NCBI RefSeq assembly: GCF_000143415.4
Contig: NW_003314414.1
Span: forward strand, 1-46,348
Direction: 5' to 3'
DNA: 46,348 nt
From: Selaginella moellendorffii
Lineage: Eukaryota; Plantae; Lycopodiophyta
Position numbers and translations under genes: made by a program. The number at the start of each line of letters is the position of its first letter. The first letter of the stretch is position 1. This document shows, in pieces, positions 45,301 to 46,348 of the stretch. The notes beneath the pieces are model-generated. The model was not told the origin of the DNA and did no database searches. It saw only the letters and a program-made list of their open reading frames with translations.

Positions 45301-45423
45301 ATTCCGGCCGCTCCCAATTCCCCCCATCTTGGTCCGCCGCGTGTCCACCATCTCCTCCGTCCCTTCTTCTCCTCTCGGTCGCATCCTAGCCGTCCAGAGC
45401 AGCGGCTTTTTGCCTTTGAACAT
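42364..45423 (-). CDS. Copy C ORF1 (spans the assembly gap); likely true start 44643 (MPRARTTARMSTAGG)
   Basis: CIICRHTGHIGKHC knuckle; collinear with B. Continuity across the Ns cannot be verified. Confidence 0.75.
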   Translation of the reverse strand: MFKGKKPLLWTARMRPRGEEGTEEMVDTRRTKMGGIGSGRNPETTARRRMNAGAGKPREELIWGKGGITVKIVANREKNEDSNNVITTQPVGIKETEQVTVGKEGMKDKATRGDAWGENPCRKSKEETRGRVMSEEKPKNPRKQSCALSTWTGKGEEKRGGAGSKWRNDMWQPGSALFKGDLSIRRALFSVKDEGQREDKSKAVSERERKGKGEKSPKGKWEVEEGEGTEGWEKGEKEREGKKGTLESEGKKREEDTGGKMPRARTTARMSTAGGRARGVQLPEVLDPEETLVGEVSPANVENKGKEDASEEEETPLTRAPRRNPTNESPGVGEENAGARAEKEASGKEAAVGSPTGIKRRIKTCCPLEKGPPCFKAIREANARKEQEARRLAEEXXXXXXXXXXXXXXXXXXXXXXXXXXXXXXXXXXXXXXXXXXXXXXXXXXXXXXXXXXXXXXXXXXXXXXXXXXXXXXXXXXXXXXXXXXXXXXXXXXXXXXXXXXXXXXXXXXXXXXXXXXXXXXXXXXXXXXXXXXXXXXXXXXXXXXXXXXXXXXXXXXXXXXXXXXXXXXXXXXXXXXXXXXXXXAALAYHDMLVTVLAEDVKDLGEKCYNVVIKDERARHKLLRVDAYAQLDFQLFFRSYHNNFTPQKKRMLLPPSVIVNFELQGMDVALAEDKILATILRQFATFIRMEGMPVGDRVTVKVRIPKEVHIPFEIELKPGKGQGPRRIRVMLLPNLSVCIICRHTGHIGKHCLARGASVGGMQETGEDRQKANSGSEGTKRGARGERETTEKAASSGESKKPRTKGQKEEGQGEQSTAAKQEKAQSGASRGKEWRPTGRRFEGQAVGEAKEPDTEVEMVQDKGEMPPQQATQRVPGPVEQQQQSRSRSGRTEDFARGNCPPGFTPPRRAVCKIELYVSGTNPPKFLGEWIDNRVGYAPPAILISPGQDIGRTLEDILAYNFNWNPQRFSIREDNFVEQAPNSFRFRGTVRIPFAWPLRPMGPYHWVERQRLGSARGFRNG
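43672..44238. other. Assembly gap (Ns)
   Basis: Run of n. Confidence 1.
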
Positions 45424-46348
45424 CGTGATCTTTGCTTCAAGCTTTGCACTTCCTTTCTTGGGCGTTGCTCTGGCCAGCGAGCTTGGTTTTCCAACTCAAG
45501 TGGAGCTTCCCTCTTGCCCAGTTACTTCTGCTCAAGATCTCGGTTGCTTAGAGCTTTTGAACTTCCAGACACAAGTTCCAAGTCCAAACTGATTTCAGTC
45601 GGCTAGCCCAGTTTTGCTGTGCCCAGAATCCCCCCGACTAGTACTCCAGATCATTGCCTTATTGCGACCGTTCCTCTTATCCTCCCAGCGCGCGCTCTTT
45701 CTTTTTCAGTGCATGCAGTGGAGAGTGCTTGGGGGGTTTTTGAGACTTTTCACTTAGCTTCTTATAGCCCGGCGATCTTACTCCTCTCTGGCCTGTTCCC
45801 CCGAGGACCGAAAGGACTCTCTTACAAGCCAATACTGTCAGCCGAGGGGGGGCCAGAAAGGATGTCGTTCGGAGCCATTCCAAAACTTGAGTTACGAGCC
45901 AAAAAATGCACGACGGTGGTGATTCAGTGGGATGCTTTTGATTCTTTTTTCTTTTTTCTAGCGCTTTGCGGCTGGAGGAGAGGCTTCGCTTCCAGCTTTG
46001 ATCTTTAGCCTTTGTCTGGTGACCTCTTAGCTGAAAAAAAACCGGCCCACCGACTTGAAATCAGCTTGGACCACACTGCGAGCTCTATCCACCCAGTCTC
46101 TTGCTGTAACTTGCGCGAGTTGCTCACACCCAGCGAAGAACCAAACTCACTGCCCAGCCACACTCAGAGCCATCGTGCTTCTGCCTGGAGCTTCCAGATC
46201 TATTCTACCAGCCAATGCAAAAAACCCTCTCGAATCTGGCTGCAGCCGAGAAGACCCAACAGCGCGTCTCACTGCCGTCCAGCGCCAGCGCCACACTCAA
46301 GCGTCCACTCCACTCTCAGCCTGTGGCTGCGCTTCTCTCTTCTTGCCT

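Larger units (their letters stand above)
37858..46348 (-). mobile_element. LINE copy C: near full-length, second subfamily, head-to-tail with B; 5' end lies just beyond the window
   Basis: Collinear with B throughout, with many substitutions; N-gap in ORF1. Confidence 0.95.

Noticed and set aside
44644-45423. N-terminal ~260 aa of ORF1 as the true start
   Set aside because: Much more divergent between copies than the downstream part and contains a conserved TATA-like box; probably 5'UTR/promoter, although not excluded because the frame is open in both copies.

Overview
Eukaryotic (land-plant) nuclear DNA, inferred to be from a lycophyte such as Selaginella: it has TTTAGGG telomeric repeats, very short introns, a 5S gene inside the 35S spacer and a telomere-associated Penelope-like element. 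The window is a decayed 35S rDNA locus carrying at least four mobile-element families. Left to right: (1) 3' exons of a PsbP-domain (PPD5-like) gene fused to a truncated Penelope-like element with a hammerhead ribozyme and (CCCTAAA)n tracts; (2) telomeric repeats joined at a reiterated 26S target site, then a LINE 3' fragment; (3) 26S 3' end, IGS subrepeats, a 5S gene and the putative Pol I start; (4) a 13.2-kb Sola-type DNA transposon in the 5'ETS, encoding a transposase and ParB-like/MTase-remnant/FCP1-like cargo, with >25 copies of a 22-bp palindrome; (5) a deleted 18S, a 5.8S split by a solo LTR that carries an inverted copy of the rDNA promoter, and a 26S with a 154-bp insert; (6) two tandem ~8.5-kb L1/Tx1-like LINEs inserted antisense at one fixed 26S site. 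The strongest candidate new system is the LINE ORF1 motif (M)PRARTTARMSTAGGRA, which matches the histone H3 tail with Met at the K9 position (an H3K9M mimic) and differs only at synonymous sites between the two diverged copies. Family assignments come from motif recognition only; no database search was run.
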